Source: Amoebidium appalachense
Lineage: Eukaryota; Protista; Ichthyosporea
Assembly: GCA_963693365.1 (NCBI GenBank)
Contig: CAVNZM010000001.1
Coordinates: 11,124,161 to 11,188,160 of the forward strand
Reading direction: 5' to 3'
DNA: 64,000 bases
Translations under genes and position numbers: made by a program
Shown here: positions 1 to 33,735 of the stretch, one piece after another
Layout of the letters: every line of letters starts with the position of its first letter
How positions within the stretch are numbered: position 1 is the stretch's first letter
The notes under the pieces: model-generated
Databases searched by the model: none
What the model was told of the DNA's origin: nothing
What the model saw: only the letters and a program-made list of their open reading frames with translations

Positions 1-2102
1 CAACACACAAGGCCAAGTACACAGGCACACCACACACTTAGCACACACACGGCTTTGGCACACCCGTGCACGTCCCGGTATTGATCCCACCCAACAAAAG
101 CACGCCACATCCATTCACGTATGTACTCACCTAACATGACGTCCAACACAAGTAGCACGAGCATAATAGTATGCACCCTTTTACTGTGGATAAAGTCACG
201 CAACTGGTTTCGCCAGTGTTTCCCTTCTGCCTTCTCAAACTGTGGTTCCTTTAACACCAGGTGCGGGGTGATGTGAAATCCCCCTGCCACCCTTGTTTGG
301 TGGCGTTGCAAGTGGTTGCCGTATACCATTTTTTCGGAAATTTTTTTCTTCTACGTTCTTAGAGTTTTTCTTGTAGTAAAGGATTATTTGATTGTGATCG
401 TCATTAACGGTTTGGACCTTTTTTGGCCAGGTATAGAAAGGAAGTCTAAACTCGCAATTATTTGGGAAAAAACTATCTGCCTGCGCACACTGATCGTGGC
501 CTTTGGCGATGTTGCTGGGATGAGGAATGAAAAAGTACTGTTCATTATCAACATGCATGAGAGCTGTGATGAGGTGAAGGAAACGATGCCAACAATACTT
601 CCACCCAACAAGGTACCAGGTAGAGTACCAAGTATTCTTCGGAAAGACAGCTGATGAAACGTTCTCCCCAGGGCTACAAACTATAGATGGAAAAGTGAAA
701 ATGCAAATGTATTTAACTTAAAAATTAAGTATATAGTAAACTTAAAAATGAAGTATATAGTATTTAAAGATTATTAACAAACTTTAGAGATGTCATTTTC
801 ATTGATTTGGAATAGATATCACATGCACATCTGACATCTCCAAATGGTGCGAACAATCAAATTTAGCCAATGGAGTGTCACCACTCACATTCCTGAGCTG
901 TGTGCTTGTGCTGATTGGCTGGTTCCACACTCTAACTTGGCTTCTTTCAAAAAGAGAAGAAGAACTTCGGGGAAAAAAAAACAAGGGGAAAAAAAAGGCG
1001 TTGCAACTCCACATATACTATAAGTCTAGTAACATATTTACCTACATGTATATACATTGTTGTGTGGAAGTACTGTTGACGTGGTGCCGGCACCTTACAG
1101 TTGCTCACATGCACGTCCATAATAAACAGCACCTTCTCCTACTCACACACTACTGCGTTGCAAGCTCCCGCCCTACTGTACCGGGGAGGCGGTTCAAGTG
1201 CACATGTACAAGCCTTTTTAACTGAATACGTAATATTTTAACCCTCTGCCATACAGCGGACGTGACTAGTTAGTGGGCTGACGGTTGGCAGCGTTAAGAG
1301 AAAGGTTGTGCGGCATTCGCATGTGCTTGAGATCTACAGAGTGAGAGAGAGAGAGAGAAAGAGAGAGACACACACAGAGAGAGAAGTAAGGGGAGGGAGT
1401 GAGCTCGAGGGAGAGAGGGAGGGAGCTCGAGGGAAGGAGGGAGGGAGCTCGAGGGAGGGAGGGGGGAGGGAGGGAAGGAGGGGGTGGCTCGGAGGGAGGA
1501 AGAGCGGGCCGGGGAGGGGTGGGGAGGGAGAGAGGGTGGGAGGGGGGAAGGGGAAGGGGGGGGAGGGGGGAGAGTGTGTGTGTATGTGCTTAATCGTGGA
1601 CGCGGTTGTGTGCACGTGCCATGTTTATGTAACACTGTACGTGTCAGTTTTTCACGTGTGTATGCAAAAGGTGTGGCGGCTATACAGGTCCAACTATATA
1701 TGTTTTCACGTCATCACAACTACTCAGGCAGAAGTTGTGGCTGTGTTTGGTTTCTTGGCTTTGTAGTGTGCCTAGTAAGCCCTTTGCTGCGGCCCCCAAG
1801 TTACCCAAGTTACATGTTTACTCCCTTGCCACCCCATACGAAGACTACATATGGTTCAAAAGTAAACGCAACGATATGCATTTGTGTTTTCGCAAACAGT
1901 CTGAGTGGCTCACAGCGGCTCACCAACGTCACCACGGCGACTCTATCATTTGTTGTACGCTTCATCATGAACGACCATTGATTCATGACGACTACTGATT
2001 ATCATTACACTTCAGTGCCATGTAGCCTAGTAGCTTCTTCCTGGTTTTGTGTTTTGTAAATATAGATTCTTTGAGACCTCCTCTCTTTCCTCCCCCCCCC
2101 TT

Positions 2103-2133
<31 letters not shown>

Positions 2134-2388
2134 CCAGCTCCCATTCTCTTCTCCCAGCTCACCCCCTCCTCTCCTTCCCCTCCTTCCCTCAACTGCCCAC
2201 CCTCATTCTCCCCTGCCCTAACTTCCTTCTCCATTCCTTCCTTCCCCGTTTCTATATTCCCATTTCGTCTCCACGCCTATCTCCTTGACCGCCCTCCTCC
2301 CTCCTCTCCCTTCCTCCCTCTACCTACCTTCATCTCAAAACTCCACAACTCTCCCTAAGGCATTTAGTGTTGGTAAGTCATTGAAAAC

Positions 2389-23478
<21,090 letters not shown>

Positions 23479-24229
23479 ATTACGCTATTAAGGGATGTAT
23501 GATGTATATACCTTTGTACTTGGTTTGAATATATTTGTAAATATCTTTACTAAGAGATGTATTATGAATACACCGTGTTATTTATTGAGTTTGTGTAGTT
23601 GTGAATGATTGCGTTTGATGCGTAGGCTTACTGGTTGAGGTCCGTGCCCGAATGAGTTGCATTAGAATGACTTCTGAATGGTGTTTGTGCTATAGCAACG
23701 TATACACACGTTCGATCGATCACAGTACAGCATTGCTCTCAATCGTTACGGTAGCGGTTTGTTCTTTTCTTCCGCTTGCTTGCAAAACGAATGTGTTTGT
23801 TTAATCTGTTTGTTGAATATGCACAAATGTGATAATTAAGTTGAATATATTACGCGATGTCCTAAAGATACTCTCTCTTTCGCGTGATATACATGCTATG
23901 GCCCTAGGGCTTTTAAACTAGGCTGAAACTCCGATGATATGGTGCCGATTTGTGTTCGTGTGTGGTGACCCAAGTGGCAAAACGCATCTCACGTGGTCGT
24001 GTTTTTTATTAGTGCGTGAATGGTGTGATATGTACATAGGTTGTCAGAATGTATGAGTATGTTCCTTGCTTTGAGTGGTGCATTGTTAAGAGTTTGTGTG
24101 TTGATGACGTAATTAATATGGCATGTGACTGGGGGCTCCCCATGTATGTATGTATATGTTCATGCTTACAAGATCGAAAAAGATCATCGATAATGCATGG
24201 GCAGCTGATTATTCAGTATTTTGATTCCC

Positions 24230-24269
<40 letters not shown>

Positions 24270-24366
24270 CACATCGTTCAATATCTTCCCGCCCCCTCCC
24301 CCCCCCCCCTTCCCCCCCCCCCCGCGCATAGATAGGCCAACATGTGCTCATCTCCCCCTCCCCCCC

Positions 24367-24408
<42 letters not shown>

Positions 24409-24679
24409 CCGCCGCCCCCTCGCCCCCCCATCCCCCCCACACACACACACTCAAAAACACCTATAGCTAGCTAATTAATTAGCTAATAGTGGTAGCTATT
24501 TGAATCACAGGTAATTACCACTTGGTACCGTGTCCCTTGAAAGTTTTAGCAGGCTGCCCTCCTAGGCAGCTGGGGTGAATAACTTGGATGAGATGTTCTG
24601 TGCGGGGGTAGGTGGGTGTGTGGGCTGTGGTTGTGGTAGGTGGGCGGGTGGGTGGCGGTGGTGGTGGTTCTGCCACGGC

Positions 24680-24715
<36 letters not shown>

Positions 24716-25053
24716 GGGGGGGGGGGGGGGGGGGGGGATGATATTCCGGCTGCACAACCTAAACAAAAGCATCTACTGAATTTTGGCAGGGTTCGTTTTT
24801 AGCTTCTAAACATGGAAAACCATGACTCTTGTAAGACGAAGGATTCATCATGTGTGCACGATTGCCACAAGGCCGCTAATTGGTCACGCGTGTGGGTTTG
24901 GATGAACCCGCGATACTTGCACGTGTCGCATTGCGTGCGATATGTGCACCTTTTGTGAGTGTGTGTGTAAAAATCCTAATGGTGTGGTGCCTGTGTGGAC
25001 GTGTGTTCGTGTACAAGCCACGGTGTGTGTGTGTGTGTGTGTGTGTGTGTCAG

Positions 25054-25097
<44 letters not shown>

Positions 25098-25211
25098 AGA
25101 GTGCGTGTGTGTGTGTGTGTCAGAGTGCGTGTGTGTGTGTGTGTGTGTGCACCGTGGTGTACGGTGTGTGTATATGTTTGTGTGTCTGTGTAAGTGTTTG
25201 TGTGTGTCTGT

Positions 25212-25268
<57 letters not shown>

Positions 25269-25803
25269 TGTGTGTATTTGTGTGTGTGTGTGTAGTTCGG
25301 TGTGCACGTGGTGTGTGTGCGTGCCTGTGTGTGTGTGTGACTGTGTGTTGTGTGCAAGGCCAACCAGTGTATGTATGTGCATGTGTGCTGGGAGCGTGTA
25401 TATGTATGAATGTGTGTTTGTGCGTGCGTGCGTGTATGTCTACGCCCTTGCATGACCAACACATGCAAACCCGCACTTTAATTTGGCCTGTTCTAAAACT
25501 GTACGTAACAGGGTGTTATGCAACTTGCCAAATCTCACGGTCGCATGCACTTTTATCCCAGGGAGATCATGTGATTCCCCCTCTTCATCCCCGGCCCCCG
25601 GCGCCCCCTCTATCCCCCACCCCCCCCCCCCCCCTCCTCCCCTCCCCCCCTGTCCTCCCCCCCCCCCCCCTCCCCTCCCCCCTTGTGGGCCTCCTTCCCC
25701 CCCTTCCCCCTTCTTCCTTCCCCTCCCTTCCCCCCTTTCCGGCAGAACGTTGCATGATGTGCAAATTGGGCGGTGGGGAGGGGAGGGGACACACTTGAAC
25801 ACA

Positions 25804-25878
<75 letters not shown>

Positions 25879-26348
25879 GGCCTCCTGATGCATCCGGTTC
25901 TTCTCCCATACACCATTTACATTCCCCTTTGTTTTCTATGCTTCCATTTTACTCTGCTTAAACCAACCACCGCTTCTCCCACTAGGGTCTGGGCACGGAC
26001 CACCTGAGAGCCACATTTCTCAACTGCGTCTCATGCTTAGCTGCTAAAATGGGAGTCGCGGTGGTTCCTTTAATGGCCAAAGAGAGCTTACAGAAAGCTC
26101 TAGTGGTTCACACACACATTCCTCGTGCTCTACGCACGCCTCACTGCCTGGCCAATGGATTTTGCCAATAATAGCCCCCGGTATCCAATACACTGCCATA
26201 TACACGGGCACGCACGCTCGCACACACACACACACTCACACACACTCACTCACTCACTCACTCACTCACTCACTCACTCACACTCACACTCACACACACG
26301 CACACACACGCACAAAAAAAAGGAAAAAAAAGAAAAAGAAAAAAGACC

Positions 26349-26382
<34 letters not shown>

Positions 26383-26914
26383 CATTACTATGACATATAA
26401 CGATGGTTTCGGAACCCGGTCCGGCAAACCGTCTCCCCTCCCCCCTCCCCCCTCCCTCCCCCCTCCCCCTCCTCCCCCGCCCCCCCCCACCCTTAGTAAA
26501 GAAAGAAATAATAGATAAACTAAGTCAAAAATAAAAAATAATATAACAAAATAAAAACACCACGACAGCAACCAACACCATGGCCAACGATAACCCTCCC
26601 CCCCCGCCCCCCCCACCCCCCCCCCCAACCGTGACACACACTCAAGCACATACACAAATTTAGTGTCTACACACACACACACACACGAACACGAACACGA
26701 ACACGCACATGCGCGCGCGCACGCGCGCGCGCGCACACGCACACGCACACGCACACGCACACGCACACGCACACGCACACGCACACGCACACGCACACGC
26801 ACACGCACACGCACACGCACGTGCACGCACGCACGCGCGCACGCACACACACACACACACAGCGAGAGAGAGAGAGAGGGAAGGAGGGAGATATATAGAG
26901 AGAGCCAAGAGAGA

Positions 26915-27024
<110 letters not shown>

Positions 27025-27544
27025 GACACACAAACACACACAAACACAGTGTTTTACACACACACGCACACACAGACGCACACTCGCACATGCACGCACA
27101 CTTGTACACGCACATGTGCATTAAGCTGAGACTGATAATCCACCGTGCTGCTCACTAAAATGCACATCTTTGTGCACCGCATGCGCATATCCACATTGCC
27201 AAACTCGCTGTTGCACCTTCGTACACAAATTGGACAACTTGATACATTTTTATTCAATGGTACCCGTATTATCCGTAATAAGAATATAGCAAAGGATTCT
27301 TTTGTGCACATGCAGGATTATTCTAGCACTGGATTCCATGCACATGCACGTGAACATCGATATCAGTAAGAAGGCTGCAGCTGCGCACTGCGCACATGGC
27401 CCGCTGTACACCGTGAAATACACATATACATACATACGCCGGTTTGCCGGTTTTGTTTTCTGAATTGAATAACACATGACCTAAAGATACGCATGCTCTG
27501 CTCACTCCACTCCGACATGCATTCACACTATACTACCATAATAT

Positions 27545-28135
27545 TCATTCATTTGAGGGATTTGCCACCGGTTGGAGAAACTCCTCAAGCTCTGTGGCAG
27601 TAGTGGGCACCTCACCAAACCCAGAATCCCTGAACTCTTTCAAAGCAGCATCAAGGGCAACCTCCTTGTAGATACGGTCGAAGCCTCCTCTTCCGGAGCG
27701 TCTCATGCGCATGTGCACGTGTTTAGGCACTGCACGTGCACCACGCCTACCACGTGTTTGCGCAGAATTCACACTTGCGGCGTTGCTGTCGCCATGATCG
27801 GCCGGCACGGGATCCGCAGGGGTCACGTCTGTGGTGGTAAGAGTTGAGGCACTCATGATGTTCTCGGGCAGCTCAAAAATTGGACCAGGGGCGCAGCCAT
27901 CCTGATCAAAACTATTGGGGCTATCGATGTTGCTGAATGCGCAGCGTCTCTCCTTGTTTTTGTGCATTTTTTTGGTGGCACGGATGCTCAAATGAGGTGC
28001 AACTTCAGCCTGCGTTTTAGCCAAGGAAGGTGTTGTGCTAGCCAGGGTGCCAGCCGCAAGGGTGGGGAGGCCGCCGGCAGCAGCAGCGGCGAAAACGGCA
28101 GTGGCACAGAAGAAAAGGTAGGAGACTGGAGCCAT
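27545..28135 (-). CDS. Secreted protein, 196 aa, intronless, putative propeptide precursor (paralogue 1)
   Basis: Hydrophobic N-terminus MAPVSYLFFCATAVFAAAAAG, AAAAATGG start context, clear paralogy with 28792-29367 including an identical C-terminus (QPVANPSNE), upstream TATATAAA. Confidence 0.85.
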   Translation of the reverse strand: MAPVSYLFFCATAVFAAAAAGGLPTLAAGTLASTTPSLAKTQAEVAPHLSIRATKKMHKNKERRCAFSNIDSPNSFDQDGCAPGPIFELPENIMSASTLTTTDVTPADPVPADHGDSNAASVNSAQTRGRRGARAVPKHVHMRMRRSGRGGFDRIYKEVALDAALKEFRDSGFGEVPTTATELEEFLQPVANPSNE

Positions 28136-28791
28136 TTTTGCTTTGTAAACTTTTCTTTTTGAAATAGTAGTTGTATTGACCAGGAACCGTAGCTTTTGCT
28201 CTTAGATGTGTCGCTGTCTGTTCCGAGCTGATTGTTTGAATGGATGTTTGCACTCGATGGTTACTTTATATACCTTGTCAAAAGGCCTGCGGAATCTAAT
28301 AGACGACTTTTAGCGAATCAATGGGACACACAGAGCAATCTTGTCAACTAGCTGACTAGATCCTTAGATGACCTTTACCCAATCCGGTTGTTGCTGCAAC
28401 AGCATGCCACGATTGCCATTAAATCCAGCTAGTACATAGCTAGACCGGTACCCAGAAACACTCATTCTGCTTGAATTATGCAAGAGATTTCTTTTCTATT
28501 TGGAATTGCTTCTAACAGAAAGAAGCTGAAATATAAGACAATCGTGCTTGGCATAGGACGCATGAACAATCGTATGGAGAAACCGGTGACCGGTCCGATT
28601 TAGATTACTCGTCGCTTCTCTGATTCGCTGCAAATCTGAGAACAGATTCCGCATGGCGCCTGCAATACTATATAAAGCTCACCCCCGGGTGCAAACTGCA
28701 TCCATTCAAACAATCAGCAAAACACCCCAGAGAAAAAATTACACTTCTCTTTTTATACCGGCTACTTTTCAAAAATTAAATCCATCAAAAA
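28136..28791. promoter_or_regulatory. Divergent promoter region with duplicated TATA boxes
   Basis: TATATAAA at 28669-28676 (+) and 28265-28272 (-). Both arms also share TGATTCGCT and AGATTCCGCA upstream of the TATA, and CATCCATTCAAACAATCAGC downstream. Confidence 0.7.
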
Positions 28792-29367
28792 ATGGCTCCG
28801 CTCACCTATCTTTTTTTCTGCGCCGTTGCTCTCTTCACCACTGCGGCCAGCGGTGCCAGCCTCCCCGGACTTGAAGCTGGCTCAACTGCAACACCGGCCC
28901 CAGTTAAAATGCAGGCTGAAGTTGCACCTCAGTTGAGCGTCCGTGCCACCAAGAAAATGCACAACAACAAGGAGAGACGCTGCGCATTCAGCAACATCGA
29001 CAGCCCCAATAGTTTTGATCAGGATGGCTGCGCCCCTGTTCCAATTTTTGAGCTGCCCGAGAACATCATGAGTGCCTCAACTCTTACCACCACAGACGTG
29101 ACCCCTGCGGATCCCGTGCCGGCCGACTATGGCGACAACAACGCCGCAAGTGTGAATTCTGTGAAAAGACGCGATGCACGTGCAGCGCCTAAACACGTAA
29201 ACATGCGCGTGAGACGTTCCGGAAGAGATCATGACGACATTTACAAGGAGGTCGCGCTCAAGTCTGCTCTGGGCGCTTACAAGGATTCTGGGTTTGGTGA
29301 GCTGCCCACAACTGCGACAGAGCTCGAGGAGTTTTTCCAACCGGTGGCCAATCCCTCAAATGAATGA
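28792..29367 (+). CDS. Secreted protein, 191 aa, intronless, putative propeptide precursor (paralogue 2)
   Basis: Signal-peptide-like MAPLTYLFFCAVALFTTAASG; basic sites KERR, KRR and RVRR; frame-preserving indels relative to paralogue 1. Confidence 0.85.
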   Translation: MAPLTYLFFCAVALFTTAASGASLPGLEAGSTATPAPVKMQAEVAPQLSVRATKKMHNNKERRCAFSNIDSPNSFDQDGCAPVPIFELPENIMSASTLTTTDVTPADPVPADYGDNNAASVNSVKRRDARAAPKHVNMRVRRSGRDHDDIYKEVALKSALGAYKDSGFGELPTTATELEEFFQPVANPSNE

Positions 29368-29969
29368 ATTCTATGGTAGTGTGCTATTTTATACGCAGCA
29401 CGTGTACGCACGGTGTGTGTGCATGCAAAAACGAGCACACATGCATATGTAACAATGTTTGATTACTTTTGGTGGTGGCACCGGTGGCATGGCGCACTTC
29501 CTGTGTGGGGGAAAAAATGTCTTCCTGGGCCAGGTATCTGATTTTGAATCACTACTATAGTATTATTATCATCGCAAGATCATAGTGTACCGCAGCTGTG
29601 GCCTGGTTTATCTATGAATATGGGTTATATGGTACCGGTGTGGGTACGTACATACAATCAAAAATAAAAATGAACAAAAAAAAAAATACGTTGCCGTTTT
29701 GTTCAATTGCAGCAGCAGTTAGCTTGTACGAATGCCAGGCACATGTACGTCATAAACCTCACTCAGCTCAATTGAAATGTGAGTGTGTTTGTGTGTGTGT
29801 GCGTGTGCATGCGTGCGTGCGTGTGTGTTCGTGGCTCTTTGTGCGTGCGTGCCACAGCGCACGGGTGCGCACGCATGCATGTTGCAATGGGGGGAAAGGG
29901 ATCCCAAGGCCTCTAGGGTTGGGGGGGGGCGCGGCGGGTGGGCGGCTGGGGGGGGGGGGGGGGGGGGAA

Positions 29970-30001
<32 letters not shown>

Positions 30002-30067
30002 TGGGAGGGGGGCGGGTTTGAATCGCAGGGGGGGGGGGGGGCTTGGGGGGGGTCCCGTCCACAACCG

Positions 30068-30196
<129 letters not shown>

Positions 30197-30234
30197 GATG
30201 CACAAAAGGCACACACGCACACACACGCGCGACA

Positions 30235-30332
30235 CACTTTAAAACCGACTGCACTTGGCTACGTTACTCAGGCTGGGCACGCACGCCCACACACACATCC
30301 CCCCCCCCCTCCCCTCCCCCCCATGATTACTG

Positions 30333-30378
<46 letters not shown>

Positions 30379-30534
30379 ACACACACTTGGACGCCGTGCA
30401 CAAACCCAGTCACACATACACACACAAACACCGTGGCCACTTTCTCTCTCTCGCTCTCGCTCCCTCTCTCTCGGCTCTCTCTCTCATGCCCACACACGCG
30501 CGCGCAAACACACGCACACAGACGCACACACACA

Positions 30535-30615
<81 letters not shown>

Positions 30616-30886
30616 CATTCACGCATGCACACTCGCTCACACACACACAGACACATTCGAAGACCGACTGCACACACATTTACTCGTTGCTCTGCTCGCA
30701 TGCTCACCCACACATCCTCCTCCCCCCCCCCTCCCCTCCCCCCCCCCCCCTCACGATTACTGTGCGCAACCCCACCTCCCCTCCCCTCCCCCCCCCCTTT
30801 ACACACACACACACACGCACACTGTAATACAGACACACACAAACACAGGCACATATACACACACACACAGACACAAATACACACAT

Positions 30887-30925
<39 letters not shown>

Positions 30926-31071
30926 GGCATGCGCGCAGCACACACGCACATAACACACACACACACACTCAGACACACTCGAAAGCCAATTACATACATA
31001 ATGTTACTCAGGCGTGCACACACGCTCACACACACATATCCACTCCCCCCCCCCCCCCTCATGATTACTGT

Positions 31072-31075
<4 letters not shown>
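30235..31075 (+). repeat. Three degenerate copies of a ~100-bp unit separated by (CA)n
   Basis: accgactgcac...ttactc...cacacatcc[poly-C]ca(t/c)gattactgt recurs at about 30240, 30660 and 30980. Confidence 0.6.
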
Positions 31076-31129
<54 letters not shown>

Positions 31130-31244
31130 GCGACACCGTCCACAAAAAGCAAAGAACCAGCACACACAAACTACAAATTCCACCGTGACACACCCTCTCT
31201 CTCTCTCTCTCCCCCTCCCTCCCTCTCTCCCTCTCTCCCTCTCC

Positions 31245-31908
31245 CTCTCCCCTCACGCTCGATGCTTCTCACCACCCCGAAACACACTGTCACTTTTAGA
31301 TACACCACACACCACGTTTGTCTTCCTGCATGTCATGATGCCATATGAACACTATACCCCCCCCCCCTCTCTCCTCTCTCCCCCTCCCTCCCTCTCTCCC
31401 TCTCTCCCTCTCCCTCTCTCTCCCTCTCTCTCCCTCTCTCTCTCTCATACACATACACACACTCTCTCTCTCGGTCCCACTCTCCCTTTCTTCCCCCTGA
31501 GATTTTTTTGCCCCCCCCCCCCCCCCCTCCGTGGGGACTGAGGTGTTAGGGGGACAAAAAGTTGACCTCTTTGGATGCCCAAAACACACTAGAAAATGAC
31601 CAACACAGCCCTTAGAAACGTGTTATTCATTTTTATAAACCAACAAGACCAATCAACACGAAACTTTACGAAAGTACCCGGTGAAAACCCCGATGACATA
31701 TCAACGTCCGTTAACATCATCCTCCCGCGCAAAACATTCCCCGTGCGGAAATTTCCTGTGATCCCGCCATCACCCCCCCCCCCCCCCCCCCTTCCCCTCT
31801 CCCCCTCACGCTCGATGCTTCTCACCACCCCGAAACACACTGTCACTTTTAGATACACCACACACCACGTTTGTCTTCCTGCATGTCATGATGCCATATG
31901 AACACTAT

Positions 31909-31910
<2 letters not shown>
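31245..31910 (+). repeat. ~113-bp near-perfect direct repeat (31245-31357 and 31797-31910)
   Basis: cccctcacgctcgatgcttctcaccaccccgaaacac...catgatgccatatgaacactatac is present twice, each copy followed by poly(C). Confidence 0.9.
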
Positions 31911-31952
<42 letters not shown>

Positions 31953-32335
31953 AAAAATAAAAAAAAAATAACAGGCAGCGCACCACACCAGTGGCACCCA
32001 ACTGCGTCATGGTATCCCCAAACTATCCGTCGAATCTGCGTATGCTGGAGTGGCTGTGCATGTGGTGTTTGCACTATTAGCACTATTAAAGGTATTATTA
32101 TACGGGCAACAGGACACACAATATGGGTCGGATTTTAGAGGTGGACTTAGTGTGTTAACTGCGCAACGGCACGGGCCCCTTAGCACACTCTGAGCAATTC
32201 TGAAGGAATCAAAGATGCTAAAGCAACCACTGTGGAGGTTCTCTCTCTCTCTCTCTCTGTCCTCCCTCCCTCCCTCCCCCCCCCCCCCCCCCCCCCCCCC
32301 CTCCACCCACCCTCACACACATGCGCGCGAGCGCG

Positions 32336-32383
<48 letters not shown>

Positions 32384-32749
32384 AAAGGGGAAAGCAAATA
32401 CACAAGGTTTGGAAAAAAAAAAGAAACTTTGTGACGGAACAAGACAAGTGTTCCCAGGTCCACGTTCACAACAACCATAGCGCATGCACATGTGCAGTGG
32501 GACAGCACGTTCGGTGATCACAAGGCGCACGTCGCGAAGCACACACAGCAAAAGAGACACACGCACAAACATGTATGTCCTGAGGGCCCAAGAGGTCCCT
32601 CCGGGAACAAAGCGGGGTAAAATAAAAATAAAAAACACAAACATGTATGTGCAACACAGCCCCGCGGCGGTCAACGAACACACACATGTACATAGCTCAT
32701 GTACATGTACACACGTGTGTTCGCACGCGTGTGCGCGCATGTGTGCCAG

Positions 32750-33250
32750 AACCATGTGAAAAATATATAAATACTCAAAGTGATGACCAACAGAATTTAT
32801 CAAAAAGTCTAAAGTGTTCACATTGCCAGCCAGTGTAGCAGACACCCGTAAGGAAAGAGGTAAAACGCGACATAAAAACTCACACCTATCAACATGCTTT
32901 CGATTAAAAATTTCAGCACAAAAGTGGCACCAGCAGCGATGGAAACAAGAATTACAACGCCACTGCACAACTTCCCAGGCAATATCAACATCAGAGCACC
33001 AGACAGACTTATCTACTAGGGTGGTATCCATACGTACAGCAGGAGAAATGTATCCTGCCAAAGCTCCCGAAAAGCGATAGTGATCAGTACGGTGTTGCCC
33101 AAGAAACATAATAACACATGCCGACTGAGTTGTACCTGTGATTTCTCTATCAGAACGAGAAAGAAACTTATACTGCGTATGGTAATAACTCGAAAAGGCA
33201 GAAAAAACAGGAAGAGAAAAGAAAGAGGGAGTGAGATAGCGAGAGGAAGG
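32750..33250 (-). mobile_element. Non-LTR retrotransposon family A, inverted 3' fragment
   Basis: Reverse complement of about 34440-34885 plus some downstream sequence; encodes YISPAVRMDTTLVDKSVW..QWRCNSCFHRCWCHFCAEIFNRKHVDRC..NTLDFLINS. Confidence 0.85.
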
Positions 33251-33254
33251 ATCA

Positions 33255-33735
33255 AGTTTTTGTGCTGAACTTGATAGGTGTGAGTTTTTATGTCGCGTTT
33301 TACCTCTTTCCCTACGGGTGTCTGCTACACTGGCTGGCAATGTGAACACTGTAGACTTTTTGTTGAATTCTGTTGGTCTTCACATTGAGTATTTATATGA
33401 TTTTCACACATTGTTCGGGTATCTCAGTATGCACTTGTTACTGGATAAACCGTGAAGTGGCGTTGTAATTCTTGTTTTCATCGCCGCTTGTGCCACTTTT
33501 GTGCTGAACTTTTTAATCGCAAGCATGTTGATAGGTGTGAGTTTTTATGTCGCGTTTTACCTCTTTTGTACACACTTTCCCTACGGGTGTCTGCTACACT
33601 AGCTGGCAATGTGAACACTTTAAGACTTTTTGTTGAATTCTGTTGGTCGTCACATTGAGTATTTATATGATTTTCACACAGTGTTCAGGGATCTCTGTAT
33701 GCACTTGTTACTGGATAACTCGCGAAGTTTTTAAC
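33255..33735 (+). mobile_element. Two short head-to-tail 3' fragments of family A
   Basis: About 33255-33450 and 33452-33735 both repeat gataggtgtgagtttttatgtcgcg...gaattctgttggtc.tcacattgagtatttatatg...gttactggataa. Confidence 0.85.

Noticed and set aside
316-654. Possible terminal exon of an upstream gene (ccag|GTATAGAAAGG...AGCTGA)
   Set aside because: Open frame and plausible acceptor, but no recognisable motif or linked upstream exon.
23946-23992. P-loop GTPase from VCGDPSGKT
   Set aside because: One residue short of GxxxxGK[ST], with no DxxG or NKxD motifs downstream.
32180-33349. 389-aa minus-strand ORF
   Set aside because: Chimera of inverted LINE 3' fragments and microsatellite, not a gene.
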